Below, piece after piece: positions 35,477-47,650 of a stretch of 47,650 nt of DNA (positions are counted from its first letter, which is position 1; each line of letters begins with the position of its first letter). A program made the translations under genes and the position numbers. Source of the stretch: Chara braunii (lineage: Eukaryota > Plantae > Charophyceae); contig BFEA01000002.1 of NCBI GenBank assembly GCA_003427395.1, forward strand, positions 3,846,062 to 3,893,711, written 5' to 3'. The notes beneath the pieces were generated by a model that worked only from the letters and a program-made list of their open reading frames with translations, was not told where the DNA came from and made no database searches.

Positions 35477-38400
35477 ACTACGAATTGCCTCTTGGAATAT
35501 TCGTGGTTTAGGCGATACTACCAACAGGTTTAAGAGGTCCCGCCTTCGAGAGTGGGTCCATAAATCCGACGTCCAAGTTTTGGGTTTACAAAAAACAAAG
35601 TTGGATAATGAGAAACTGAGTAGGGCAGTGGCTTTATGGGATGGGCCTCAAGTTTGGTCCCCCTCTGAAGGTTCGAAGAGAGAAGTTGTTTTGATTGCAA
35701 AAGACCTAAATGTTACAGTGCTAGACTCTTATGCGGATGCTGGTGGAAGAATGGCATGGATCAAATTTTTGATTGGAGAAGAGGAATGGGCTGCAATGTC
35801 TCTATATGCTTATGTAGACTTCAATAAGAGGGCAGAATTTTTTGCCAACCTTCCAATGTTTATTCCGGATAATAAAAATTTAATAATGTTAGGGGATGGG
35901 AATACAGTCGTAATATCGGGTTTCGATTCTCTTTCAAACAGGCCAGCAAGGGGAGATTCATATCTGCTCAGATCCTTTATGAAGTCACAGACTCTGAATG
36001 ATGTCTATAGAATATTGAATCCTGACTCGAACGGGTATACCTGGTATAGCCCGCGCCCGACTTCGAATAAAGAAGGTCCGAGATGCCGTTTAGATGCTAT
36101 CCTGGCTCGGGGAACTCCTTGGGACAGAGTCTGTTGGTGCGATTTTGACAATATTCATCTATCGGACCATTACCCTATCCTTATGGACGTGGTGTCCGTA
36201 GATGTGAAAAATAAGGAGAGATCGCCATTTAGACTGAATGTTAATATGCTAAAAGATAACGGCATTAAATCCTGGATTATAGAGCAAATGAAAATGTGGG
36301 ACCAATGTAAAGACCTTTTTCAGGACCTCTTTGAGTGGGCCGAAGTTGGCATCAACATCATCCGGGTAGCACCAAGTAACTTTTATAGGATGAAAGCAGC
36401 AACCCGAAATTGGAAGGAACGGCAACTGCAAAACTTGATAAAGGAAGTTGAATCCAAGATGGGAGGCGACCCATTTTCTGAGTACTACTAGGCTGAGAAA
36501 AGGCGCCTGACAATTCTAGACTTAGAGAAATTAAAGAACCAGAAGCAGACAGAGTGACTCGAATGGTTGAATCTACGGGGAATAGTAGGCTATAACCGCA
36601 TGACTAAATTGTCTTTTAGGTCATTAGTACTTAGACAGTCGAAGTCACTTATTAGAGACCTGTCCCACCCGTTTGATATTATTCCTAACATGTCTTCCGA
36701 TATAGACACGATGTGTTCTCATGCGCATGATTATTTCAGCAACATCGTATCCACTCGGAGACCGTTTGATCACCCGGATCTAGATCTATCTAGCTATAAT
36801 ACCTTTTGGAATAAATCTAGGACTAAACTTTCTCATCCAATGATGCTAGCTTTGGAAGAACCCTTTACTTTAGAGGAGCTAACCAGGGCAACCAGGCAAA
36901 TGGCCAAGGGAAAGTGCCCGGGCCTTGACGGATTGCCAGTTGAACTGTTTGTGGAATGTTGGGACGTCTTCGGCCCCTTTCTCTACGAAGTTTACAACGA
37001 AGGAAGGAATAGGGGTACCCTACCTAAAAGTTTTCTTAAAGGTTGTACCTCACTACTCTACAAAAAGGGTAATAAAGCCGAAGTACGTAATTACAAGCCT
37101 ATTTCGTAATTGAATGTAGTATATAAGATTCTTGCGAAAGCCCAGGCGATCCGCCTGGCAGAATTTTTACCTGACATAGTAGGACCTGAACAAGGAGCGT
37201 TTGTTAAAGGTCGAACTATCTTTGACAATATGTTAAAAGTCGGACTATCTTTGACAATATTATGGCTTCGCTTCAAGCTTTGGAAATTATCTCAGCAGAG
37301 AAAAAAAACATCGCCGTCATACTTTTGGATATGGAGAAAGCTTATGATAAAGTTGGTTGGCCCTTTGTCTTCATGACCCTTAAAGTCATGGGGTTTGGCC
37401 CCATCTTTTTGAAATATGTCAAGGCTATGTATGTGGGTGCTTCTTCAGTGGTATCCGTCAATGGTAAACTATCAAAGGATTTTTGTCTCACGCGCTCTCT
37501 ACGCCAAGGTTGTCCACTTGCTCCATTATTATTTGTTTCCAACTGGAAATATTATTGGACAATATTAGACACAATCCAACGATTAAGGGTTTGGAACTTC
37601 CCCCAACCATTCATTGGAAGGGGGGAGCGATTGCTGATGATCTCACTGTAGCTTGTGAGAACTCTTTAGATTCTTTAGGTCAGCTGAAAACAGTGTTGGA
37701 AGATTATTGTTTGTTATCCGAAGCATCGATAAATTGGGAGAAATCGGCTTATTTACTCCCCCTTCCCTACAACATCTGCGTAGAGTGGGGTTTAAAGGGG
37801 GTCAACGCAGAAGACTCGGAAAGATTGTTGGGGGTCTTAGTATCTTTGACAAATATCGCCATCAAACAAGGTAAGGTACTTCAGGAGAAGGTGTGCTCAA
37901 GAATATGGGGTTGGGAGAGAAACCACAAGTTGTCAGTTTTCGGAAGAGCCTTAGTACTTTCATCGGCGGTCCTTTCGATCCTTTGGTTTCCGCTGGCAGT
38001 CCATGCCTTGGGAGACAAGGCGTACTCCGCTATTAAGCAGGCTGCGACGCGATATCTGTGGAAGCCTGCGGCCTTAGAACAACAGGGGTTCATCGTTAAA
38101 GTTGCATGGGATCAGATATGTCAACCTAGGGCAGAAGGGGGTCTGGGTCTGTTGGATCCAAGAGACCAAAACTGTGCTTTGCTCTGTAAGTGGGTAATTA
38201 AAGCCTGTCTTTTTTCTGAACGAAAACAATGGAAGGTGTTGGCAGAATACATTTTGAGAAAAGAGTTCATGCTGGTTGACAAGGTCAACATTTGACTATG
38301 TCTAGTGGCGTCTAACTTGTCAGCCAGGAAAGTGAAGTCTAGAGTTTGGGCAAGAATATTGTCAGCCTTGAACAGGCTAAAACCGACACAGTTGCGAAGT

Positions 38401-39713
38401 CCTGCCACTAAACTAGAAATACTGAATCAATGTCTGTTTGATAATGAGTTCATCATACTTCCTTCTGGTCTACCTTCGGATACCAGCTCGAAAGCAGACA
38501 GTTTTGGTCGTTCTTGGCTAACTAAAGGGGGTAATCTAATTAAGGACATTTGGGACGACCAGAATCAAGATTGGCTCTCCCATGCTGCTCTTCGACGGAA
38601 ATTACCTAGACTGCACAAAGTAGAAGAAAACTACAGTAAGGTGATTGAAGCTATCCTCCCCCAGTGGAAACTCTTAGTTCAAAATTCATTTGAATATGAC
38701 ATGGACTCATGGTTGTCCCATTCAACAGATTCCAACAGAATAGTCAAGGTCCTGGGCCCTGATCTGACACAAAGTATAAAGGTGGAAGAGTGGGTAAAAG
38801 GGAGGTTGATAGAGATGGGCTATGAGCTAATAAAGGATGGGGAATCTTCTCTACCATCCACTAGAGACCTACTGGAGGTACGAGTGTTGGATAATTATGG
38901 CCCGAACAACAAGGCCTGTGTCTTGTTGAAGGGCACAACTCAACACTACTCGGTTGATCCTACATTGTACGGATGGAAAGATAGACAGGGCGCAAACATC
39001 TTTCTCATCAAGTATTCTACTAAAGTGGGTAACTTAAAGCTGAGAATGGTCAGAACGCAACCGCAGGAAGTGGCAACTCACAGATTTTGTAAGATTTATG
39101 GAGAGACAAAAGTGCCACTAGACTTTCGTACACTGTGGAAGACTTTAAGAACTATTCCTTTTAAAATACAGGCTAGTCTGATTTGGGCACACTCAATGGG
39201 CCTTACTGCGTCTGCACTTTGGTTGAGAAAAAAAGGTATGAAAATAGATTTGGCCTATAAGAAGTGTAGCTGGAATTGGGAATCTACAAATCACCTATGG
39301 CTGTTCTGCCCCAGTCGGATGAACTGTGGAAATGGTGGAAGCTTCAATGGGGAGACGTGGTGGGCTCAAAGTGGTATTGGACAGGGGATTGGATATTATC
39401 GGCTATCCCACCAAATAGAGTAAAACTTTCCACTGACTGGGGCTATGTGGCGTTGGTCTGTCCCGGTATAACCTTCGGAGTTATTTGGAAGGCGAAAAAC
39501 GAGGAAGTCTTTAGAAATCAAGTAATTCACTTCCACCAACAGAGAGCAATGGTTAAGCAAGCACTGAGACTTGCGATATTAGCAGACTGGCAAAGATATA
39601 CCAAGAAATTGGGCAGAGGTATTGTTTTGTTTCGCAAAGTTTGGACTAAGGATAACTTCCTGGCTTCAGTAACAGACGAGGGCAAACTTGAGATAGCCAG
39701 GTGGTTATATTAA
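35460..39713 (+). pseudogene. LINE ORF2 (APE endonuclease plus reverse transcriptase), multiple stops and frameshifts
   Basis: EN motifs SWNIRGL, LQKTK, GDGN, YTW, RLD, SDHYP. RT motifs PGLDGLP, YKPIS*LN, QGAFVKGR, LDMEKAYDKV, LRQGCPLAPLLF, IADD, INWEKS, EGGLG. C-terminal ESTNHLWLFCP. Confidence 0.95.
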
Positions 39714-40009
39714 ATCTGCTACTGAGAAGTTGATTAGTAGCAAAAGTGACCCATTTTGTTTGGTAGACTCCTTTTTTCTGTGCTTAAAAGTTTAATCCTT
39801 TCTCCTTTTTGGAAAGATACTATATTTGATATGGGACGTTGGACCCGGTTTCCAACATTTTTAGGGTCGGGTTGCAAGCAATCAGCTAGATACAATATGT
39901 TTTTTTGTTGGAAGCTAAACTGGCTGAGGCTGCCAGGATAACCCCGGGTAGAATTGTGAGGTCCCCGGCCTCGGTTCCATATACTTTGAAATACATTTGA
40001 CATTCTTTC

Positions 40010-40044
<35 letters not shown>

Positions 40045-40055
40045 AAAGAAAAAAA

Positions 40056-41104
40056 GGACAATGTTGAATGTTCTCGATAAACCTGACACCGCGTAACAGT
40101 GGTGTCTCAAGCCAACACTTCGCCACACACGACATGCAACCCACTCACACGCGCACTCACACCCGTGTTAGCTGAAGACATTACTGATTTGCAGCCAGGA
40201 TGGCTCTGTTTTTTTTTTTTTGGGACAAATGCTCCAGTCTATTTGTGGGGAGCAGCACGTGCTGGGATGGGAACCGGGCCCAGCGTCCCATATAGAGTTA
40301 CACAAGTCATTTGAGATACCGGGGCCCGGCTTCGGATGAGAATCAATCTGAGAACTATTGAGAACTATTGAAGAAATTCAAGAGAATTAAAAAAAGGTTG
40401 TATTGTCAGCACGCACAAAAATTCAGCGGAAAATATGCTCTGACGACGGCCGCGTCGCGAGGCAGCGCCCGGGTGCGCTAATTTTGCGCTATCGCGGGAT
40501 TTAGCGCCGTTATTTTCAGCAACTTTAATGGCGTCGCCAATCCCTCAAACCGGTTGACTCTGCTACTCATGACGCGTGTGGAGCTTTTCCTCTGCTTTTC
40601 GGTCGGTATCTTCGAGGGAATGCTCCCTTCTTCCGCACGATATGGTTGGTACGGCGTTTCCCCTTTGGGAAGACCAAGGGGCAGGAAGTAGCTGGTCTCT
40701 GCAGGGTTGACAGATGGAGATGATGGCCCTGTCTCCAAAGAGCCAAGCTCGGCACTCCCTATGACATTTGGAGGAAAAAGGTAAAACTCCCATCGTCGGG
40801 TTGGGGTGGCAACTCAGGTTTTATTTGTGAGTGCAGTGATTAAGTCGTAGCTCCCTATTTATCCGAGATCGGTGCTATTTGTTTAAATTAGATGTGCATT
40901 AGGAATTTTTTTTATTTTTTTTTTTCGAAGAAGGTAATCTTTGTTGATGTAGTTCGGATTATTGGGTCAAATTGGTTTCCAATTTGTCGGTTTTTCTTTG
41001 CTGTTGGGGTTTTGTTCACTGGTTGTACTTCGGAGTGGCGATTTCTGTACTTGTTGTGGGTGGGGTGGAAAAGGGACGATGGCTTCTTCAACTTCACCCC
41101 CCCC
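40056..41104 (+). repeat. ~1.05-kb direct repeat, copy 2, ending at an N in the poly-C run
   Basis: Matches 31724-32772 and is followed by N plus poly(A). Confidence 0.95.
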
Positions 41105-41124
41105 NAAAAAAAAAAAAAAAAAAA

Positions 41125-41524
41125 GAATTGGGACCTACGAATCACATAATAATGGCTCTTCTCAGTCTTCTGCCCTCAGTCAGACGGATTATGGAGATGG
41201 TGGAAGGTCCAGCTGGATGATGTGGTGGTCGCTAAATGGTCCTGGACAGATGATTGGATAGTGTCTACTTTTCCGCCGAATGGAGCGAAGTTAAGTGACA
41301 ACTGGGGCTATGTGGCCCTGGTTTGTAGAGGCAGAGTGTTGGAAGTTAATACTTATTTGGAAGGTGAGAAATCTTTAGGAACCAAGTAACTCACTTCCAT
41401 CAGCAGAGATAATCGAATGGTTAAACAGTCACTCAGACTTGCACTATTATCAGATTCAATTTGGCGGAGATCAACCAAGACGTAATGTCTGTTCTAATCA
41501 GCATCGCTAGCACTGGAGGGATCT

Positions 41525-41566
<42 letters not shown>

Positions 41567-41965
41567 CGTATGAGGCATTGGTTGGTTCCGCAAGGTATGG
41601 TGGACAAGGATAACTTCCTAGCATCATTAACCGAGGAAGGCAAAGTCGAAGTAGTCAAGTGGCTGAGCTAAATCTGGCGTTTGATTTCATTTTGGGTTTT
41701 ATTGTTTTCTGATAAGGTCGTCATAGGCTCAGAAGCTCCTTCTTTTCAGTGCTTCATGGTTTATTTTTTCTATTTTTTTCTTCGAAAGGCTTTTCTTAGA
41801 ATATGGGACGCTGGACCTGGTTTCCAGCAGGGCTTTGGGACGGAGGATCTGCAGACAGTTGTTTTTTGAGCTGTGCTCATAAGCTAAACTGGTTGATGCT
41901 ATCAGTTGTTTTGTGAGGTCCCCGGGCTCACTTCCATATACTTTGAAATACATTGTCAATCTTTC

Positions 41966-42003
<38 letters not shown>
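41125..42003 (+). mobile_element. 5'-truncated diverged copy of the same LINE family (ORF2 C-terminus, 3' UTR, poly(A))
   Basis: Aligns by eye to 39272-40010 (e.g. GACTGGGGCTATGTGGC vs AACTGGGGCTATGTGGC, AAGGATAACTTCCT, TTCCATATACTTTGAAATACATT). A-tail at 41968-42003. Confidence 0.9.
41485..41562 (+). mobile_element. Tiny poly(A)-tailed retro-insertion with 8-bp TSD nested in the truncated LINE
   Basis: AAGACGTA (41477-41484), 44 nt of unique sequence, ~34 A, AAGACGTA (41563-41570). Absent from the homologous position of the full-length copy. Confidence 0.85.
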
Positions 42004-42006
<3 letters not shown>

Positions 42007-43956
42007 GAAAAACTATGAATGACTACTGACCACTTGTGGAATGCTCAGAACCCCTAGACTCCCAAAACTCTCTAAAACTATCCAACACTGTCTTATTCCC
42101 TGTCCAGCTCTCCCAGGCCTCACACTCCCACCCAACTAGGTTCCAGAGCAACACGACTCGCCCCAGCTCCGGCCAGCGTCGTCCCAACAGCAACCCTTGG
42201 TTGTCCCTTGGAATGCCCACCCCAAAGCATCCCCAGATCTCTCTACCAGGCCTCAGGCTCCTGTAGTCAGCAGGTTACAGGGTAACACCCCAGCACCGGC
42301 CAGCGTCGTTCTGGCATCGAACAACTGCATATCCATGAATGTACCAGTATCAAACAACCTAAAGCGAGTTGCTCCGTCCATGCTGGTTGTCGTTTTGCAG
42401 AGCGTTTTTTTAGGGGAAATGTCGTTTCATACAGGGGGCAGGAAATGGGTTGTTTGGGGGGTTGGGGAAGGGTGCGGTCGGCATCGGGAGTAGGACCGGT
42501 AGGGGGAGTGGTCGTTGTACAGCTTGAAGCACGGGTGACTGGAGGTTGGGTGTTGAGGTCGTTGTACTGTGTTGCTCACCGAGCGTTTCCGTTTCAGGGA
42601 AGTTTTTCTCGTTTTTCTGGGTTATTTTTTGTTCTTTGGTGGTTTTGGGGGTGATGGAGAAGAGGTTGATTTACGCCAGACTTATCACGAGTCCATAGAG
42701 TGGACACCAAATAAACAAACAGCAACAAAAAAATTTAAAAATTGATCAAAGGGGCCTTAAACCCCAAGGCAAAAGTGTGTTTTCATGCAAAATTCACTCT
42801 TTTCAGTTTTCAGGGTTTTCAGGATTTTTCAGGGCTGGCCAAAACAGTGAACTCCAAGACCCCAACAAACACCAAACTTGGCATACACAAACCTTGACAA
42901 AAATAAAAAAAAGGGCAAAAATAAAAAAACGAAAAAAACTGGAAAAAATTATCTCCAATGCACTTTTCAGGGTTGGGGGTGTTACCTTGGGGCTGAATAG
43001 TGGGGGTCCTTGTTAACCTTTGGTGGGGTGATGTTGTGGTACATGGCCCGTGGGTGGTGGGTGGGCGCGGATTTGGGGTGGGTCGATCTTCGTGCAGGGT
43101 ACTCGGATGAATCGTGTTGTGATTTTTGGTCTATGTGCATTGTGGGCAGGCCGTCTCGTCTTTCGGGGGCGATGTATGGGATCTGGGGCTGGGGGAATTT
43201 GCGAATTCGAATGGGTAGGTGGTTTTATGTGTCGGGCCTGTACATTTTTGCTGATGTATCTCGCTACGGACATGCATAAGGGACGGCCAATACGAGCGTG
43301 TATCTGCCTGTTTTTGACAGGAAGACTCATTCCGGTGTCGTCGAGACGACGACTGTCAGATACAATTGTGTAGATGTTTGGTGTGGGAAGGTGAGGGGAT
43401 GCTTGAGTCGACTGAGTTGAAATGACGATAGGTTTTAGGTGCTGAGCCCGTAGGTTTTTGGTGATTGATGTATTTGGTTGTGGACGTGCATAAGGGACGA
43501 CTGGTACGGGCGCATGTCTGTCTGCTTTTGGTGGGAATAATCATTACGGTGTCGTCGAGATAAAAACAGTCAAATACGGCTGTATAGACGTTGAGGGCAC
43601 ATTGGAGGTGTCAGGGCATACTTGCACAAGGACTTTTTTAGTTATGTATGGATGTGCTTGCAACCAGATGTCTCCAGGTGGGACCGTAATTGCAGTTGGA
43701 TGCACTTTGAAAAAAAGTGGTGCAAGTATGCCCTTCGGGATGTCGTTGGGTCGACGACTGTGAAAAGTTTTTTTTTTATCTCAGTTGTTTTTTGCCTATA
43801 GGCACTTCGAACCTGGCCTACTTGCCAAACCTGCCAAATTTGCCCTCCTCCCCCGACAAGTTGTCCTGCTCGCGTCCCAGTGCATAGGGCGGTCCACAAT
43901 ACTGACTGGAAGGATCCAACTGACTATCTCAGTTTGTCGGCACCAAGAGTGCCACA

Positions 43957-44028
43957 GGCGGCCACAGGGATTGAACCCACACCCTCTTGAATGTCATTTG
44001 CATGCCTGACCAATTCAGCTAGGTTGCT
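43957..44028 (-). pseudogene. tRNA-derived sequence (SINE head or tRNA pseudogene)
   Basis: A-box TAGCTGAATTGG and B-box GGTTCAATCCC at tRNA spacing. Acceptor and anticodon stems are poorly paired. Confidence 0.65.
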
Positions 44029-45589
44029 GGAGGAGGATGAAAAGGGAGGCACAACCACAAACAAATGATTCCTAGTCGTCCTTATGTTAGTCGGCCCCCC
44101 ACCAACGCCCCCAACCCTGCACCCTAAACGCTAAGACAAAGAGGCAAACATGTTATTCTCTCCATCAAGAGAGGTAACCTCCCTTCACAAAAGAGAGGTA
44201 GAAAGTTATGTTTGCAAGGGTCCCCGTTATAACCTTAGAAGTAGTAGTAGGTACGTAGTGAAAGAAAAATGTGTTGCATGACATAGCAGAACGCTGGTTA
44301 AAAATATGTGAGGTGAAAGAAAAATATATCGTTTTCCCCTGGTGAGGGAAAGGCAACATTAAAAAATAATAATAATAATAATAATAAAAAATAAAAAATA
44401 AAATATAAAATATAAAAAGATAAACCCAACACTGCATTTCCTTGTGTTGAGGAGACATTTGGCCAGAGCCCCGTCTGGGATCGGAACTATGCCTACATGT
44501 GTACTCTCTCCCTCTGAAGTGTTGAAGCTAAGCTGACTCATGTTGTCATGATGCCTAGTATACTCTCTCCTTGGCCGCGTATTAATATCTATAATTATAT
44601 TTATTTATATATGTATATATACTCCTAAAGAGTAACCCGGTCCTCAGTTGATGCTGCCCGCCGGGTCAAGCAAAAGCGTTGGCACGTTGTCAGGCAGCCA
44701 CAAGCAGTGCGCCGCTTGAAATCTACGGTTTTGGGACTTAGGCGCGAAGAGGAGTCTGAGTTTTGACGGTACTCTGGTTAGACCAGGGAGCAAAAATTAG
44801 GGGAACTCAGGGCACCCCTGATTCTGGGCGCACTGAGCCTTACGAGTAACCCTGAAAGATGGCGAGATAAGTGGCCACACTCGGCGCATCTAGGGACCGT
44901 CATTTCCGGCCGTTTAGAGAGCTAGACTCGGATTGACCTGCTGCGGAGAGGCATCGCGGGAACTGACTTCGCCGCAACGTTTTTGCGGCATACGGCCGGG
45001 GCCGAAATGAGGCCTCGAATTTTTGACTATTTTTGATACCTAAACTAAAGATGGGAGAAAAGATTGGGAACAGTAGGAGGGAAGAGAAAAACGTAATATC
45101 CCTTAGTTCCCTTATTTTTCGCGGCATTTAAATTTTAGGGAAAATACCTCGTTATTTTATGTTTCCGACAATGAAATAGAAAACCAGAGAAAAAGATTAA
45201 AAATGGTAAGAGAAAGAAGAAAAGAGAGAATTTCAACCATTTGATTAAACTCCCTCAGAATTCATTTTTGGTGAACCTATGGCTAATTCACTATTTCATA
45301 CGATAGAATTAAGGAAAAGGGAGAACGATTAAAAATGATGGAACAAACAGGAACTAATGATTATTTGATGCCTGGTCTGGTTTTGCATGGGATATCCACC
45401 GTCAGCTCAGAACCCAGATTTGATCAAATTCCCTGAGCTCTAACTTTTTTTTGCTATTCCCCTGATGATCGAAACTCTCTATGACGCGTCCCCTATTTAC
45501 CTGATTACTAACCTTACTGAGCCCGGCAGTACGGACGATGACCACATGGATATGGACAGCGTGGGATCGTGTTACATTGGACCGACAGC

Positions 45590-45850
45590 ATGATGTCAGG
45601 TTCGGAACCGGACATGTTTGAGGTTCGGCNTGAGCCGGTATCGGCGTACTTCAGGTTCGGGCACCAGGGTGATTTATTTCCAGGNTCGGCATCATCACGG
45701 CTATTTATTTCAGGATCAGCATCATCATGGCTATTTGTTTCAGGGCCGGAACCGCCACGGTGGCTTACTTTCAGGTCTGGAGCCACTATGACGATGTATT
45801 TCAGGTTCGGAACCTGGACGNCAGGTTATTCCAGGTTCGGCGCTATCACG
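45590..45850. repeat. ~30-bp degenerate minisatellite (core TCAGGTTCGG)
   Basis: Core recurs at about 45651, 45680, 45710, 45740, 45771, 45801 and 45831. The region has many Ns. Confidence 0.8.
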
Positions 45851-47189
45851 GGTATTTAACTCAGGCTCAGCGCCGACATNCTCAGGTACGNCNTGNGCAC
45901 GACATNGGCACGGTACGGTTGTCTCTTATTCGGGTTGGTTCGGTATCAGATGCGGTTCGACGACGATATAAGCTACGACTCAAAAGGATTAGAGCGATAT
46001 GACACNGGCCACAGCAGTTCGAGGCGGTTGTTTCACGGGTTGGCGTTGAATCAACGTACACANNATCATTGGNTGGTGGGNGNTGCTAAGGCATTGAGTA
46101 CGNGACAACTTTTATTCACTAGTGCTGGATGACACTAGGCTGATGCTAGTGGCTGCAGAGCCGTCACACAGTCGGTAACAGTTCCGNTATGGGAATGNCN
46201 CGTGTGGTGCTTGGAGTNACATTGGGGNTGTGCTACAGTACTCTTGTACCGANGCTGGTNGGACATANTTGNTGCTCGGCACGGAACCTAACATTGGTTG
46301 AGGCGNCTCNNGTCCNNTGAGCCTTAAAAATGACTAATTTTGGATATAACTNCCAGTCTAACTTCGATGTGGTGACGGTACANACGACCGCAGCCTGCGA
46401 CACATGCTCCAGGTTCGGAACTGCTGCTGACCTGACTAATGCATTTGGGATGCTGAGACCGAACCTGGTAATTCTGAGGTGCGATGCTGTTTTTTTTATG
46501 GACCCTGGGAAAGGGCCTTCAACTAAGGGTTGTGAATCCGTTTTCTCTGGGGGCGGCTCGTACCGACTGGGCCCCCTCTGAGCTCGATCATTGGGCCTGG
46601 GTTTTCCAGCAGTCCATGGCCAGGGACTGCAGTCCTCTTATAGCTTGGGTGCTGGGCCTGGTACCGGGGGTACAGAGAGTGTGAGCCCTCAGCAATGAAC
46701 AGGTATCGCTGAGGACCAGGGTTGACCTTGTGGGGGCTGCGTTCAAGACGGGATATAGGGCAAGACCACGAGAGAACAGGGAGAAGGGGGGACTAGGCAG
46801 ACTCGGAGGTATGCCAGGTGTACACAGCGCACACCCATGTTGGGCGCAGGAAGATCAACGCGTTGCGATTCGGATGCGTGCAGAGGGTACTCAGCCCACG
46901 ATAGCAGACCGGCACATGCCGGGTTTTCTCTGCGCGCTATCAAGCGGACTGGTCAGTGAGGTGGAAGAGCGGCTGAGGAGAAGCAAACTGGAATGTGTTG
47001 ATGTTTTTTTTTATATATTTTATTTGATTGCACCTGGCGCTGAAAACGACCAGGTGCATTCAAATGAGAGATAGCAGTCGTGGAGCAATGAAACTAAAGT
47101 GAGTGTCTAGGGGAGAGGGAGTAAGTAACAGTTCGACAGAAAGCGAAAGGGGACTTCACGAGCGCGGCGTGGGCACCGATAGGCGACTA

Positions 47190-47575
47190 CCTGGTGGAGA
47201 CGAGATCGCTACTTCACGCTGGGGTGATCAGCCATATCTGCAGCGAGCAGGTAAACGCCACTTATAAACCTGGTGGAGACGAGATCGCTACTTCACGCTG
47301 GCGCGATCAGCCATATCTGCAGNTCAGCCATATCTGCAGCGAGCAGGTAAACGCCACTTATAAACCTGGTGGAGACGAGATCGCTACTTCACGCTGGCGC
47401 GATCAGCCATATCTGCAGTGAGCAGATAAACGTTACCTACCCACCTGGTGGAGACGAGATTGCTGCTTTATGCTGATGCGATCACTCATATCAGCAGCAA
47501 GCAGGTAAAAGTCATCTACAACGAGAATAACTACTTGACGCTGGTGTGAGCAACCATATCTGCAGTGGGCAGGAT
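47190..47575. repeat. 79-bp tandem repeat, ~5 copies decaying rightwards
   Basis: CTGGTGGAGACGAGAT at 47191, 47270, 47366 (across an N join) and 47445. Confidence 0.9.
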
Positions 47576-47650
47576 ACATCTGATTTTTGGGGCTTAATAT
47601 GCCCGTTTCTAGCATGTGTAATTACAAGCCTGAATCTGCACTAGAAACTG

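Larger units (their letters stand above)
31724..40042 (+). mobile_element. Full-length but decayed L1/Tx1-type non-LTR retrotransposon
   Basis: ~1-kb leader, ORF1, overlapping ORF2 (APE endonuclease, RT, C-terminal zinc-binding region), ~300-bp 3' UTR and poly(A) from 40011. The 5' boundary is uncertain. Confidence 0.9.

Noticed and set aside
31724-41104. LTR retrotransposon interpretation of the 1.05-kb direct repeats
   Set aside because: No TG...CA ends, PBS, PPT or integrase. The repeat includes the ORF1 start, and the element has an APE endonuclease and a poly(A) tail.
47190-47575. Regular repeats resembling a CRISPR array (also 7746-7975 and 45590-45850)
   Set aside because: Whole units repeat with no unique spacers, there are no cas genes, and the context is eukaryotic. 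These are ordinary minisatellites.

Overview
Repeat-rich eukaryotic DNA from the green-plant lineage. The Gypsy gag style, low-complexity coding DNA and plant-type NFXL1 suggest a charophyte such as Chara (inference). From left to right the window holds: (1) a decayed Ty3/Gypsy LTR retrotransposon on the minus strand (1-7699) with 5' LTR, tRNA-iMet PBS, gag with a CCHC knuckle, a GGGAAAC slippery site and PR-RT-RH-IN; (2) one host gene, a very large two-exon NF-X1-type zinc finger gene (NFXL1-like, minus strand, 22076-12434), whose 2.5-kb intron carries a poly(A)-tailed, TSD-flanked U6 snRNA retrocopy; (3) an intergenic zone of hairpin MITEs, satellites and a Nextera mate-pair adapter artefact; (4) a head-to-tail chain of poly(A)-ended L1/Tx1-type non-LTR units (about 31.5-42 kb). 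That chain includes one full-length decayed ORF1/ORF2 element bracketed by an apparently identical ~1.05-kb repeat. Its units share a covarying RNA stem-loop near their 3' ends, which also occurs antisense in the 5' leader. All calls were made by eye and no alignments or database searches were run.
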